From Chlorokybus atmophyticus (Eukaryota > Plantae > Mesostigma and Chlorokybus algae): a stretch of 64,000 nt of DNA. This document shows, in pieces, positions 1-13,066 of the stretch. The position numbers and the translations under genes were made by a program. The DNA is taken from assembly GCA_009103225.1 (NCBI GenBank), contig RHPI01002262.1:1188406-1252405 (forward strand), given 5' to 3'. Each line of letters opens with the position of its first letter. The first letter of the stretch is position 1. The notes under the pieces are model-generated. The model saw only the letters and a program-made list of their open reading frames with translations. It was not told the DNA's origin and did not search any database.

Positions 1-25
1 CGATGGTATGCACTTATCGAGGACC

Positions 26-683
26 GGAAGGACCATGGATGGTCCGTCCCTCGCGGGCCAGGCACTCGTGGTCCGCGGGTCACGGACCATGTACAGTCTA
101 CCCCCTTTAAGAGCATACTCTTTATTCTCCGCTATCTTATGCTCTTGGCGGGGTACTTCTCTTGATGTCAAAGAGCATAGTATGCTCTTGGACATCAAGA
201 GCATAAATATTCTCTAAGCGCGGTTTCATCACGTCCATCACGCCCATTGCGCCATCACGCTCGTCACACTAATTGTGCGTCACACTTTGCCTATCTATGG
301 GTGTCAGGAGCATAAATATGTCCTAAGCACAATTTCATCACATTCATCACGCCCATTGCGCCATCACGCTCGTCACGTTAATTATGCATCACACTTTGCC
401 TATCATGCCCTATTCATCACGCACGTCACGCGTTATGCCACACCCGTCATACGCTGCTCCCCCGACCTTACAACATTTCTCACAAGACTCTGCAAGAACA
501 ACATGAAATATAAATATGTTTTCGCGGTTAAGCAAATTCTCTTCGGCATCAATATTTGCCTGCGTTCCATTTGGTAATCTCATTTTCTATGCTGTTAGCG
601 GGGTTATCCTCTTGGAGCGAAGTCTCTTAGCCAGGGTAGACTGTATGGCCCGCGGGTCCGTGGAAGGACCATGCATGGTCCTT
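26..683. repeat. Palindrome-rich non-coding element (MITE-like or TE subterminal region)
   Basis: AAGGACCATG(G/C)ATGGTCC occurs at 28-45 and 664-683, with flanking CGCGGGCC/GGCCCGCG in inverted orientation. There is a 21-bp-stem hairpin at 159-201 (1 mismatch) and no coding signal. Confidence 0.45.
199..405. repeat. Two diverged direct repeats with a 109-bp period
   Basis: GAGCATAAATAT...CATCACGCCCATTGCGCCATCACGCTCGTCAC...CACACTTTGCCTATC starts at 199 and again at 308. Confidence 0.8.
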
Positions 684-2696
684 GAACGTCAAGCCATGTG
701 ATTGCGTCAGCGAGTGGTTGGAACACTGCAGCGGACGCAGTCGTAATGATGCTCTAGCGTACGAAGATTGCCGTGGAGGCGATGCCCGGTTGGGGTTGCT
801 TGCACGCGGCAGCACAGATCACAGAGGAACTGGCATTGGGTGGGATGGTGTGAGCACATGGCAGTAGCGAGTGATGCGTATTGTGGTGCTGTGTTCACGC
901 TTGTGTATTCTTAGGCATGGCAGCAAATGACACTGTTAACACTTGATTGTCGAATGCGCGAGCGCTGCGCAGAGTGTTGACCTATATGCATGACTGCTAT
1001 AAGTGCGATTTGCATGCACATGCAAGACAAGCATAGTCGCAGTGGTAGATTGTGTTAAAGGTGAGGGCTGGGTCCGAGGATGTAGGTTTGCTCAGGGGTG
1101 GTGGTGCGGTGCTGCTCGGAAGGTAGTTTGTCACGGTGTTGACATTTGTTAAGGTTTTCGACTGCTGTAACTTGCTACTCTGCCTGCCCATGCATGCCTA
1201 CGTTGTGCACTCAGGTTGGTTGGTTGGTTGGTTGGTTGGTGTTTGCTATCGCTGCTGCTGCCCAATTAACGGCATTGCATATAGGTCAATTAGCGCATAG
1301 TAGTAGCCCCGGTTGTATTGTAAGTGTATGGCCTTGCTTGCTAGCTTGTGTGTGCCTGTGACTGTTGGCTGCTGTGAGCACAGACTGCATGCTTGCTTGC
1401 ATTCTGGCAAATATGATTCATACCCTATGCATTTACATAGGTGCAGCCCCGTTAATGCTAACAGATTGCCTAGCTGTTGCTTAAGACGTGTGTGGGGCAG
1501 CTAATGCGCTTTGTCATGCACATTGCGGGTTGATTGCATAGTGTGAGCTGTGGTGTAGGCATGGTCGCTCAGTACGTACCATGACTTCTGTGTGTTGCTG
1601 TTTGAGGTATATATAGTTTAAGTGCTCGAGTAAGCTGTTTGCCCTCCTTTTGGCCCCTCTGTTCGGCCATAGATGGGTGACGAGTAGCATCCACATTAGG
1701 GTTGAGCAGCGAGGCATAACAGAAGGTTGCAAAGCAGAGCATGATGCAATAGCTTTGATGTAATTTGTCCTGCACCGCACTAGTTATTGAACATATATAG
1801 AGGCATACAATAACCAACCCGCGTCTCAACCAACAACAAAGCACCACAGTGTGCAGGTTGCCTTGCGCAAATGGTGGCTACAGCCAAGATCCTTCCTGCA
1901 CTACGGATCATAACGTTAGCGTGTATAGAAATTGCGCGCAGCAAATGCCCATTTCAATCATACCACACACGCCATACATTGTACCAACACACTTACCTCG
2001 TTGCTACATACACATGCCTCACATTATACCAACACACTTACCTCATTGCTTCATACACGACCACATTCCTATGGCTATGTTTACACATTGCTGTTGGTCA
2101 TGCATGATTGCATTGCAGGTGCAGCTACCTGGATGCACGTGGTACACCAGCCTGGCTAGCAGTTTGGTGCAAAGCAAGTCAGCAACATATTATTGTGATA
2201 GTCCCTCTAAACAAGGTAGCAGTGACCACTGGTGCCAGCAAACCAACCAGTGACTTGTTGCATTGTGCACAAACAAGGTGGGGACAACATGCAGGATCGG
2301 CGCACTTCTCTGCACAGAGAACGACAAGGACATTACTCAGGCATGCATGCACAAAGACTAACTGGTCCATGTCGCACAGCAGGGCATAACGGACATTATA
2401 TGAAGCAACTCAATAATGCTTGCGAGGCCACAGGACAGACATAGCACAGGCACGCAGCATGCAAGAGCAACGAAGCCATACCCCGCAATTCAGACATTAG
2501 AAGATGTGTCCTCAAGCTAGTAGCAAACACAGGCATCCCGCCATTGCTGCATAACGCCATAACTAGACTACACAGAGTTAAAAAAGGAGGGGATGAGGGG
2601 CGAGAGAGAGGGCATAAGTTTGCTGGCAAACACTGGCTGATCTCTAGAACAGCTTGCCGCAGATCAATCAAGCAGGCCTGCATATGATGATCACAT

Positions 2697-4121
2697 CTAT
2701 CGCTTGCTGGCTGCCACAGACACGCGGATGACACGTCCCTCAACACTCTGCAAAGAAAGCATATGAGTGAACGTAGAAGAATAACAGATGGCCTCCCGAC
2801 TTGTTCAACATACTGCCAACGTACTGCACACGAAGCCTGAACAATGCGCACCTGGCCGTCAAGCTGCTCAATGGCCTTGTCAGCCTGCTCAGCCGACTCA
2901 TATGTCACGAAGCCAAAACCCTTGGAGCGGCCCGTCTCGTCAGTCACCACGCGGGCCTGAAGTATGACAAATGATGTTATATACAATTCATGTTGTTCAC
3001 AGGTACACACACATCCTTCGACATGCCACACTACAGTCTCACGCCCATCAACTACAGCTCAGAGAACAGGAGATTGAGCATGCAAAGTGGCAACAAGTTG
3101 TGCAATCTCACCTGAGCAACCTTGCCGTACTCGCTGAAGAGGTCAGCAATGGCCTCGTCGTCCATGGACCAGGCGAGGTTGCCAACAAAGAGCTTGGCCC
3201 CCGGGGCCGGGCGGGAGTACGAGCCGCGGTCGCCGCCGCCCATGCGTCGCTCACCGCCACGTCGGTCGTCGCGCTGCATCCTGCGGTCGCCGTCCCGGCC
3301 ACCCTCGCGGGGACCCCTACGGTCGCGGCTGGGAGGAGCGGGGAAACCCACCTGAAAAAGAGGGAAATTGAGCCCATGCTCACATGCAAAACATCGGCAA
3401 TGGGCGGCTAATTGTCTAACAACACAGTTGAGCCCATGACATGGCGTAAGCAAGCAAGGCAATGACTGAAGGCAATACAGTGCCGGACATGCAAGAGAGG
3501 GTGACTATGTGGCAATTGCAAACTTCTGCACAACTTGCTGGACAGTCAATGCATCCAGACAGACAGGCAAAGAGAAGATGTGTATTTGCATGATTCAGAA
3601 AAAAATCCGGTGCTTGCCTTGATGGTGCGGCCGCCGACAGAGGCTCCATCGAGCTGGCCAAGGACGCGCTCGGCCTCCTCGGTGGAGGAGAGGGTGACGA
3701 AGGCGTAGCCCTTGCTGCGGCCGGTGCGGGGGTCTGTCACCACGTCGGCGTTCTCCACAGCACCATACTCAGCGAAGGCGGCACGGAGAGACTCGCCGTC
3801 CATCTCGTAAGGGAGGTTACCGACGTACAGGCGGTTGGAGGGGGTGGGTGGGGCGTCGGCATTCTGGTCGCCGCCACCCACACCCTCGTATGACTCCTCG
3901 TGGGCGCTGGCCGGGGCGTCGACATTCTCTTCGTGCACAGCCACGCAAGCCACAACGGCGCCGACGGCGGCCAAACCCCTGGATGACCTCACGGACACCG
4001 ACGACGACCGGGAGGCGGCGAGGCCGCGGGCCGGCGCCGCTGGCCTGGCAGCAGGTGCCCTCTTGGCCACAACGGGCCTCACTGTGGCCACAGCCCTCAT
4101 CGTTGACGCCGCCGCAGCCAT
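2697..4121 (-). CDS. Chloroplast RNA-binding protein (cpRNP, CP29/CP31 family), two RRMs, ~299 aa
   Basis: Model join(4121-3618,3351-3112,2956-2852,2747-2697) is in frame. Ala/Ser/Arg-rich transit peptide. RRM1 has LYVGNL and RSKGYAFV; RRM2 has LFVGNL and RSKGFGFV. Intron 1 has a GC donor. Confidence 0.93.
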
Positions 4122-4690
4122 CTTGAACGTCGCTTACACCTCCGCCGCCGCCGCTGCTACAGCCGCAATCCAAAGAGACTTTGCCTGGAGCTTCGTTTGC
4201 GCTTTGATGCAACGCGTGAACCGAGTTGTGCCACAATATCTTCTACAGAGCAGTATACCAAGGAATTCTACCCGCAACAGGATGGATATCCATGTTGATA
4301 TACTATGTTTTACAACCGCGGTTAATGCTAGCCGCGCTCGCCGCCGCCGCCGCCGCCGCCGCCGCTCTGTTACAGTATTCCGTAAGCCGCTCCAAAACGC
4401 CTCCATTGCGAACTCCTGTATAGCGCGGTAGCACGCGGGCTTCAGCTAACCAGGTAAATGCTGACCAGAGTTACTCAAACCCGTTTTGTCGTCTGTGGAA
4501 AGTACAAGCCGGCCTGCGTTGCGCTTTCGACACAGGCAGGTCGTAAATATCTTCTCCTGAATGTACGGATATCTGCTGTTGGGGCTCACTTCTAACCGAG
4601 CTTGCCTTATCCACCAATTGACAGCGGCTGGGCTTGAGCCACGTCGACAACGTGTTGAATACATCCTGATTGATTGAGCCGGGTTGGAAG

Positions 4691-4754
4691 GTCAGGGTTT
4701 AGGTTGAGTTAGGGTTTGGTTCATGGTTGGGTTTAATTAGGGTTAGGTTTGCAG
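4691..4754 (+). promoter_or_regulatory. Degenerate telomere-like (telo-box) tract in a probable 5'-UTR intron ending just before the ATG
   Basis: TAGGGTTT at 4710-4717 plus CAGGGTTT, TTAGGGTT and TTAGGTTT variants. Acceptor TTTGCAG ends at 4754; a candidate donor GTAAAT is at 4454. Confidence 0.45.
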
Positions 4755-4756
4755 GC

Positions 4757-6140
4757 ATGGCGGCGGCGGTGGTGTGCGTGGCGTCGTCGGTGGGGTTGGT
4801 CAGACCGTGGGAGTGCAGGAGTAGCAGGTTGCTGTCCATCAAATCTTGTACCTCCCGTAAATCTGTGGCAGCCAGGAGGAGAAACTCTCCTACCGGCACA
4901 CAGCGCCTGTGCGTTAGGGCGGCGGTGACTGAGGCGGCACTTGCTGCGGCGCAACAGGAGGCTGCTCTCGCCGCTGTCATCGCTGCGGAGACTCTCTTCT
5001 ATGCTGCCACGTCGCCGGACCGGAAGTGGGTCTACGTGGCAGGCGGACTGGCGCTCCCTGCTGCACTCGTAGCGGTGGGTGCTTTACACATGCATTATGG
5101 TGCCCAGAGGCAATTGAGAAAGCTACTTCATGGCAAATGCAATAATATATGTTCAGCATGTTTCAGCAGTAATGCGTCACCCTTAGTGCAAGCAAAAGCT
5201 ACTCATGTCCATTGCATGCACACGCATGTCCATTGCATGTACACGCATGTCCATTGCATGCACACGCATGTCCATGCACAAAGAACGTCTGTGCAAGAAA
5301 GCGTCTAGATGTGCAATCATTCATGTGTATGTTGTGATTAGCATCACTTTATGCACAACTTGTCTCTCGGATGGTTGTCACTCCAACGCATGCGGCACAT
5401 GCAGGCGCACAAAAGCGCATGCACACATAAAGGCAGACGATGCACTGTCCTGCTTTAAGCATCTGACCGTTGACACCGAATATATATGCACACGCGCACA
5501 TGCATGCAAGAGTGCTTGGCGGTTGCAGTTTCTTTGTTTTCTTTTTTTTTTTGGCCTTATCGCAAGATCAAGTTGATATACTGTCTAGTGTGCATGTGTT
5601 GCTCACTGGCTGTTGTTGTCTTGCATTGTAGTAGCTGTCATTGCATCGTGTTGCTGTATGATAGTCGTGTTGCAACGACCACGAGGTGTGCAAATTCCCG
5701 CACGCAACACATCTGATCCCAAGTGTTGCTGCCATGGTGCTGCATACAGAAACTTGACGCAATACACAACAGTGCGTCAAAATTTTGTTAACGGGTTGAA
5801 AATGGACTGAACTTCTGCGCAGGTGTATCCACAAGTTGCTACTGAAAGCCCATCCACTGGTTTGTTGCTAGCATCCGGCCTGTCGGCCGCCTGCTTACTC
5901 CTATACATCAGGAGGTTTCAGGTTCGCATACAGTTTGTAAGGGCACGACACATACATGTCCTGTGCACAACTGCCACAGAAGTTTTCATGTTGCCTTGTT
6001 GGTGACATTGTGCTTTCGTGCATGAACAGGACACCAAACCTGACCCGAAAGAGTGGCCCGGCCCAAGGGCATGGCCGAGTTTTGGTGCACTTGCCAGTTT
6101 CCTGGCAATACTTGGGTTCGTTTCAGCATTGACACACTAG
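4757..6140 (+). CDS. Small plastid-targeted membrane protein of unknown function, ~175 aa
   Basis: Model join(4757-5074,5823-5921,6030-6140) has GT-AG introns and stays in frame. Transit-peptide-like N-terminus, about three hydrophobic segments, and a YIRRFQ|DTKPDPKEWPGPRAWP motif. Confidence 0.75.
5204..5275. repeat. Intronic 21-bp tandem repeat, about 3.5 copies
   Basis: CATGTCCATTGCATG(C/T)ACACG repeated in tandem. Confidence 0.85.
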
Positions 6141-6703
6141 TAACACTCCGTTCCGTTTCTGCTGCGTTGGATCAGTATTACTTTTGGTAGGCGACGAGTA
6201 TGCACTCAGCGTGTTGACACTTTAGTATAATACTATTGATAGGGTATGTCTAGTGGGGTTGGTTGATAGGGTTGCCTTATGTCTTTTCAGGCAAACAGTT
6301 TTGGGGCACGCTCGTGTCTGTGCATTTCGAGGCATGCTATGGCTATTTTGTGGCTGATGTTACTTCGACCTTTGGGTGATCTAAATAAGTTCTTGCGTTG
6401 TCGCATCAATTCATGCTGTATGCTTGGACAGTCATGTAAGGTATATGCTAGGCTGTACTCTTACACGGCTTTTGGCTGCATGATGACGCTGCGCACAGAT
6501 ATGTGAAACCAATGTCGCATTGGACAGCTTCGCTCAACAACACATTCTGCTGATGTGTCTGTTTATTTGTACTCCACCTTAGCAAGTGCTTATACCATCC
6601 AGTGCTGTGCAAACATGTTTGTGCATGGACAGACAAATTGCATCATGTGACAATAATATGCCAGTGATTATATATGCACAAAGTTTACATGTGGTGGCTG
6701 TTC

Positions 6704-8730
6704 TCATCTCCGTGTGCGCATGGTATCACCCAAGCGTGGAACATCAACGACATGCACGGCATCCGCGCTCACCACCGCCAAGTCCCTTCCGTCTCTGGAA
6801 AACTTTACAGAGTGTACAGCTGCACACAAAGGTACATTGTCAAGTGGTATTAAAACCAGCGCACGAACGCGAGTATGCACGCACGTATGTGTAGCTAAGT
6901 TTGCACACGGTTGTGAGCATGATTCCTTAGAGCTCTGCATCTTTTCTATGTGCGTGCGACTACATATGTTCAAGCACCATGCACGCGTGCGCCCACACAC
7001 ACCTTTCTTGAGGCCTTCAAGGCGTCCAACAACCTCCCCCGTGTCGGCCCGCATCACCCTGGCCTCGTTGCTCCCGCTCCCGCCTGCCGCCACCAGTTTG
7101 GACGATGCCGCCGACGACGAGGAGGAGGGTGGACACCAGTCCGCAGCGTACAGCTGGCAAGCCTCTGAGGCCTTGGCTGCTAACGGCCACAGGAGGGACT
7201 TGATGAGGCTGCCGCTGGCGTAGTCCCACACTTGCAGAGCATCCGCCCTGAATTGAGAGTCAACATGTTGCGTGTGTGTGCATGCGTACCTGTGCGTACG
7301 TGCGTCTGCATGCGTGCATATGTGCATGTGCGTGTCCGTGTGCGTGTGTGTACATGCAAGCTTTGTGTGAATGATACAAGCAAGCGTTTGTCCTGCTTGC
7401 CTTCTCCATGAGCCAGTGAGGACTTTGGTGCCGTCGGGGGAGAAGGCAAGGGCGTCCCCGCAGACCCGCGCGCCAAATATGGACCGCATTGATCGCCCCA
7501 CACGCAAGTCCCAAACCTGGAGGGGATACATATACTCAGTCAATGACTTGTGCATTGCCTTTCCTTGGCTACTGCTATCAAAACTTACATGGATTCCACA
7601 CGAGTACACTACAGCTTAGCATGTGCATGTGTACGCACACATGCATGCGTGTATGTGTGTGTGCGCGTACACGCCCGTGCTGGCAAGTGCATCTCAAGTG
7701 TGCATTGTTGCATGTGTGCGCATGTTTGTGTGCGTGTTACCTGGACGGTGTTGTCCCAGCCTGCGCTGAGTAGATGGTGCTGGTGGTTGGGGTGAAACGC
7801 AAGGGCATACACGCGGTTGGAGTGGCCCGCAGCGGGGTAATGACTATCATTGTCATGCATGCTATTCATATGGTCCTCCACGCCGTGACCCCCGCCGTCC
7901 CTCAGCACATGCGTGAGGGCGTTGGCGGTGTCATCATACACACGCACGGCGCAATCCCTCCCCGCCGTTGCAAACACAGCCCCATCGCTCTCCCTGTACG
8001 CCACAGCATACACATGGTTGTTGTTGCTGTTGTGGATGGAGGTGTTGTCAACAGGGACCTCCGCGAGCTTCTGACCCGTCGTCGCGTGGAACCGCGCCAC
8101 AGTCCCCGCCGCTGACGCCGCCAACAATATGTTCCTCGTGTTGCTGCTGCTGCTGCTGTTGTTGTTGTTATTGTTGTTGTTGTTGTTGTGATTGTTGTTG
8201 AGGTCTGGCTTGAAGGCTATGGCGGTGACTGGGGTGAAGCCGCCTAGATCCAGAGTGGTTCTGAGCTCCCATGAGGAGGTGGAGGCGGACGACGATGATG
8301 ATGTTGACGTCTTGCCGTACACCCTGACGGTTCCCCTGGATGTTCCCGCCGCCCACAGGAGCCCTGACGGCGCCCAGGAGAAGGAGAAGGCCTCCTCCGC
8401 CGCCGACATGGGGACCACATGGCTGGGGACCAGGGCGGGGGTGTCCGCCGGGAGAAGGGCGTCTTCCCTCGCCTCATCTCTCGCTGACACGGCCGCCGCC
8501 GCCTCCGCCGCCGTACCCTGGATGAGAGCTCTCTCCCTCGCCGTCATCCTTGGCGTCATTCTTGGCGTCGTCATGGTCGTCGCGGTCGTTGTCGGCATTG
8601 TCGTCGTCGGCGGCGGCTTGTCCTCGCCAGCGTCCCAGGAGCCATCCTCCCTGTCCCGCTCCTCCTCCCCGCCTCTGCTCACCCTCCTCCACCATCTCGC
8701 TGGCGCAGCTGGCTCGAAGCCCAATCCCAT
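6704..8730 (-). CDS. WD40-repeat beta-propeller protein
   Basis: Model join(8730-7741,7516-7401,7247-7003,6819-6704). WD motifs include GHSNRVYALAFHP..LLSAGWDNTVQVWDLR and LQVWDY. Intron 2 has a GC donor. Poly-Asn/Ser/Thr insertions. The first ATG is at 8730 (the ORF-track start at 8766 is GTG). Confidence 0.88.
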
Positions 8731-8910
8731 CGCCGCCGCCGCCGCCGCCGCCAACAGAAACGACACGTGGCAGCAGCTGACACTCTCAAGTCACGTGACA
8801 GTTAGACTCTAGCTACGTAACAGGCTTGTGACGTAACCAGCAAGTGACGTCACTGATAGGTTACGCGACTTGTTGCTTACGTAACGTCTGTGTTGAACTG
8901 TATCTCATGC
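8731..8910. promoter_or_regulatory. Compact bidirectional promoter dense in ACGT cores (G-, C- and A-box-like)
   Basis: Lies between divergent ATGs at 8730(-) and 8911(+). CACGTG at 8764 and 8792, TACGTA at 8814 and 8878, GACGTA at 8830, GTGACGTCAC at 8844, AACGTC at 8883. Confidence 0.6.
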
Positions 8911-11195
8911 ATGTTGCTGGCGACGTGCTGGATGAGGGCGGCGGTGGCGGTGGCGGCGTGGTCGGGATGGGTATCTTGTAGTCAAAGAGAGATTGTTGCT
9001 GTGCGCTGTGCCGCCGCACCCATACCGCACCGCCGCCGCCGGGGCGACAGGCCCGCAACTGACGTGGCGCCACAGCGCCTTCGCCAATTCCCAGAAGACA
9101 ACAACAACAACAACAGCCTCAAGTCCGACACAATGAGGGTGAGAACACAAGTTGTTTGTCTGTTTGAGGTCGCATCATTGTCGCTAAACATGCATGTTGG
9201 GCAGGTGTTTGCGGTGTCGGATGTGCATACGGACTACAAGGACAACCTGGAGTGGGTGCGCAACCTCTCCCCCTCAGGCATGATGCAACTTTGCTTGACC
9301 AAAGTCCTTGTGTACACAGCTTTAGTCCACGCCAACCCTAAACAGTCTCATATCGTGTTGCAGTGTTCGCTCGTTTGTTTTGTGGACTGTTGTGTTCGTG
9401 CATTGACAATCTCACACACTCGCACAGTCCATCTTACATCCATGACTTCTGTTCCAATCTATGCGTGCAGAGCATGCGGCTGACACGATCATCGTCGCTG
9501 GAGATATATCCGACGACATCAATACGCTTGAGTAAGCGCACACGACACGCTTTTGTCAATTGGTTGATAGGTTGGAGTAGCTCAGTTTGGTCCTAATGGA
9601 CTTGGTCATGTGTACATGTGTGCGCGCAAGGGGGCGCACATTCCCGCGCGTGCGTGCGCGCGTGCGTGCGTGCGCGCGCTCATAATTTAGTCCCGAAGTT
9701 GTTTTCTTTCTTTCTTTCTTTCTTCTTGACACGGTTGCTGTGTTCAGGCTGACATTGGGACTATTTGCCGAGCGATTCAAGCATGTATTCTTCGTGGCTG
9801 GCAACCATGTGAGTATCAACAACCTCTTGTACCTCTCCCGCTCATGCATTGCGACAAGTATCCGTCTCACTGATGATATCAGCCTCGCAGGACCTTTGGG
9901 TGCGGAAGCCCGCCCCTCAGCCGCGTGACTCGGTATCGAAGCTACGGGCGATAGATGAGATCTGTGAACGATTGGGAGTGCTGATTCGTCCCACTCGGGT
10001 CGGAGATATCAAAGACGGCGAGGGAGATGTTGGGAATGGGGGACTGTATATCGTCCCGCTGCGTTCCTGGCATCATCAGAGTTGGGACACCGAGTCGGAT
10101 ATCACCGAGTATGACATCCCGCCCATCCAGAAGGTGGGCTTCTCGTCCTCGTCTCGGGTTGTGAAAATGAACAATATTGTTAAGCTATAGGCACATGCGC
10201 ATGCACACGCATGCATAGACCCGCTTGTGTGTGCACACGCGCATACACGTGTGCACAGACGTGCCCACCGACACGTGCATACATGCACACACGCACATGC
10301 ACGCACGTACACTCGCACAAAGTCACACACATACATGCACACACACGCACACACGTACACATGCACACATGCGCATGCACACATAAGATACCCATATGGC
10401 TAATGAGCAACTGTAATGTACCTGTCATCGCTTGTGCTATACCTCTAACGCCCAGAGGGTTGGGGCAGATGTCAATGGACTACAGGGTGTGTTCCTGGCC
10501 GGAGTCCGATATCGCCGCGGACTCATCGATGGACAGCGTTGCTCGCTACTTCGACGACCTCAACGAAAGGCCTGAATTCCGCTTCGATCCCGCTATCGCC
10601 GCCACGAGTGACGACATCCTCACCTTCTCACACTTCTTGCCAAGGCAGGAGCTTTTGCCGGAGAAGCGAAATCTGTTCTATCCCAACCTGCCCAAAGCCT
10701 CCGGCTCAAATTACTTGGAGAGGAGACTGCGCGGGATTCATGGAGAGAACGGCAACCCAAACGCTGTTCATTTGTTTGGGCATTCCCACTTTTCATGGGA
10801 CGCCACACACAACGGAATAAGGCGAGTGAAAGTGGAACTATGTTGGGTTGCAGACATTGGGTTGTATGTGGAGTTGGCATATACGTACTTGTTGTTGTGG
10901 CATTATCTGTGTGCGCTTACGAACATGTTGTATGCATGTGTTGACTTCTGCTTCCTGCCATAGGTATGTCCAAGCGCCGTTGGCGTATCCGAATGAGAGG
11001 CGTCACAAGATGAATGGGGGTCTAGCATGGTTGCCGTTTTGCATCTATGACAGCGTAGGGGGAGGTTTCCCGGCACCAATCACTGCGCATTGGTCTGACT
11101 ACTACAAGAACAATGCTCGTCAACCCGACAACCACGAGCTCGCACACTGGGTTCAGCACATGTATAAACCTGTAGGCCATGAAGTCAGGGCATGA
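8911..11195 (+). CDS. Calcineurin-like metallophosphoesterase, PptH/ACP-phosphodiesterase-like subfamily
   Basis: Model join(8911-9138,9205-9277,9471-9531,9748-9808,9891-10133,10469-10821,10964-11195). All five motifs are present: SDVH, AGD, AGNHD, FSHF, FGHSH. GC donors at 9278 and 10822. The start could be 8932. Confidence 0.88.
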
Positions 11196-12409
11196 TGGTA
11201 GCCATTAGTATATATAGTTTGCAGCATTGTTAACTTAGCTGGACTATTTTTATTCTTGGTTGGACTATTGTTATTCTTGCTAAGTAAGCGGCATTCGCCC
11301 CATGTACAATGCCAAGTTGTCAGACAAGAGAGTGTCATGACGCCATTGGCATACGTATTGAGTTTGGTGTTATGTAAACATGACATATTGTGGCAATGCT
11401 CTGCTCTGCCCTGCTCTACTGCTACGCTGGACTTGCAGCACATCTGTCATGCTGACACACATGCCATGCTAACACATGCCAGCCCCAGCCTATCCGATGT
11501 AATAACGCGCAGAAGCGCGGAAAGTCATGGAGGGTAAGACTTGGGAGACTAAGCGGAGCCGTTGCCCATGTTGGCTACTTCTTACGTGTGGCGCTGTGCC
11601 TTGAACGCGTTGTTGAGGGGCCAGCACATTGCCATTCTCTGCTAAAGTACTGACTAACACGACCTGGCTGCTTGCCCACACCACCTACCACAACCAACCT
11701 CCACCCCGCCACACTCCACTTGACTACTTGCCATGCTGCTTGCAATGACTTTATCTTGCGTAGTAGTCATGCTGTGAGTTAGTCGTACCATTGTCTTCTT
11801 GCCTATCCAAACGCTCGTAGTAGTCACTGTTCTTAAAGTCACAATGACAAATTCTGGTGGGCCAACGCAAGGGGTGTTTCCCTTCCTGAACCCATTTGTG
11901 TAAAAGATCAGAAAGTTTTTTGAAAAATATCATGATCGACCTACTTCAACTTTACACTCTATGTGTGAAATTTTTATCAAGCGACTCGAACCGTCCAAAA
12001 GCCCAAGGTCTGAACTTCCAGCTAAAGTGGGTTAATCGATCTCAACATAGCAAAAACAATATCGAACGGCTTCATCATTTGCAGCATTCATTATCACATA
12101 GGAAGATCATGAGCCATGTTCTCCCTGCGCGCTACTTGCACGATGTTGTGGTTGTGGAAGTGACCCACCCACGCACTCGCGCGCGCGCGCGCGCTGAACA
12201 TGTGTTCACATGCACTCTATAAGGGAATTTATGATTACGATGTTAGCAATTAAGAGTCAACATACATTGTTAATGATACGACTGTGCCACTAAAACATAA
12301 TACTGCTATGACATTATGTGATATTATTATGTTGCAACACAATTGTAATATCATATTATGTCATATTGAATGCCAAGCCCCGAAATAGATTAAAGTCCAA
12401 CCACATTTG

Positions 12410-12690
12410 GTGCATACCATCGGGAACAAGTACTCGTACCAGTATTTGTACTAATTGACCCAGTCAGAGTCCCCTTTTCTATACAGCCCCCCACCTCATT
12501 AAGAAATGACATTATTAATACTGCAAAATTTAATTTAATCGATATCTATAAAGGGGAAGGGGGGGGGGGGTCCGACCGGGTAAATACGATATGCACTTAT
12601 TGTATTTATGCACACTCATAAGAGTGCATGGTTTACTCGTTGAGTGCATACTTGGGTTAGTGCATGAACTATAAAATGGGTCCCCATGGA
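12410..12690. repeat. Short non-coding element sharing a motif with the window start
   Basis: GTGCATACCATCG (12410-12422) is the exact reverse complement of window bases 1-13. CGATATGCACTTAT (~12587) resembles CGATGGTATGCACTTAT. Internal G-run and several AGTGCAT repeats. Confidence 0.35.
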
Positions 12691-13066
12691 ACACTCACTG
12701 ACGACACTTCACATGCACTGCTGGTGGGTGTGTGCTACTGATGTGACTGGGGGCCCCTCTAGATCTATATTACAACGTGCAGAGTACCAACATGAACTAC
12801 TGACGTTGATTCTTTCAAAGAATTTAGTGGGAGAGGCTCGTTTTTGACTTCGGTGTAGTGACTTTGTCCAAGTCGCAATCGGTAGCAACTCATGCTTTGG
12901 CCCCGCAACCAGAGCAGCGCCGGTGCATGCAAGCTCGTTTCCAGGCGGCAGCAGCAGCAGAGCCAAGCAGGAGGAGGAGGCAGCGACAGCGACAGTTACG
13001 GAGCTGACAGCTTGCACACTTGCGGAAAGGGGGAGGCAGAGAAGAGAGCAGGCCCTGTTGAGGACC

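Noticed and set aside
700-2400. Possible gene between the first element and the cpRNP, including a 45-bp duplication at 1977-2058
   Set aside because: No phase-consistent exon chain or recognisable motif.
6030-6140. Assigning the membrane protein to RPH1 or another named plastid family
   Set aside because: I could not confirm the motif match from memory, so the symbol is left blank.
11450-12400. Short ORFs in the AT-rich stretch after the phosphoesterase
   Set aside because: No recognisable domain; possibly decayed TE, but I found no termini.
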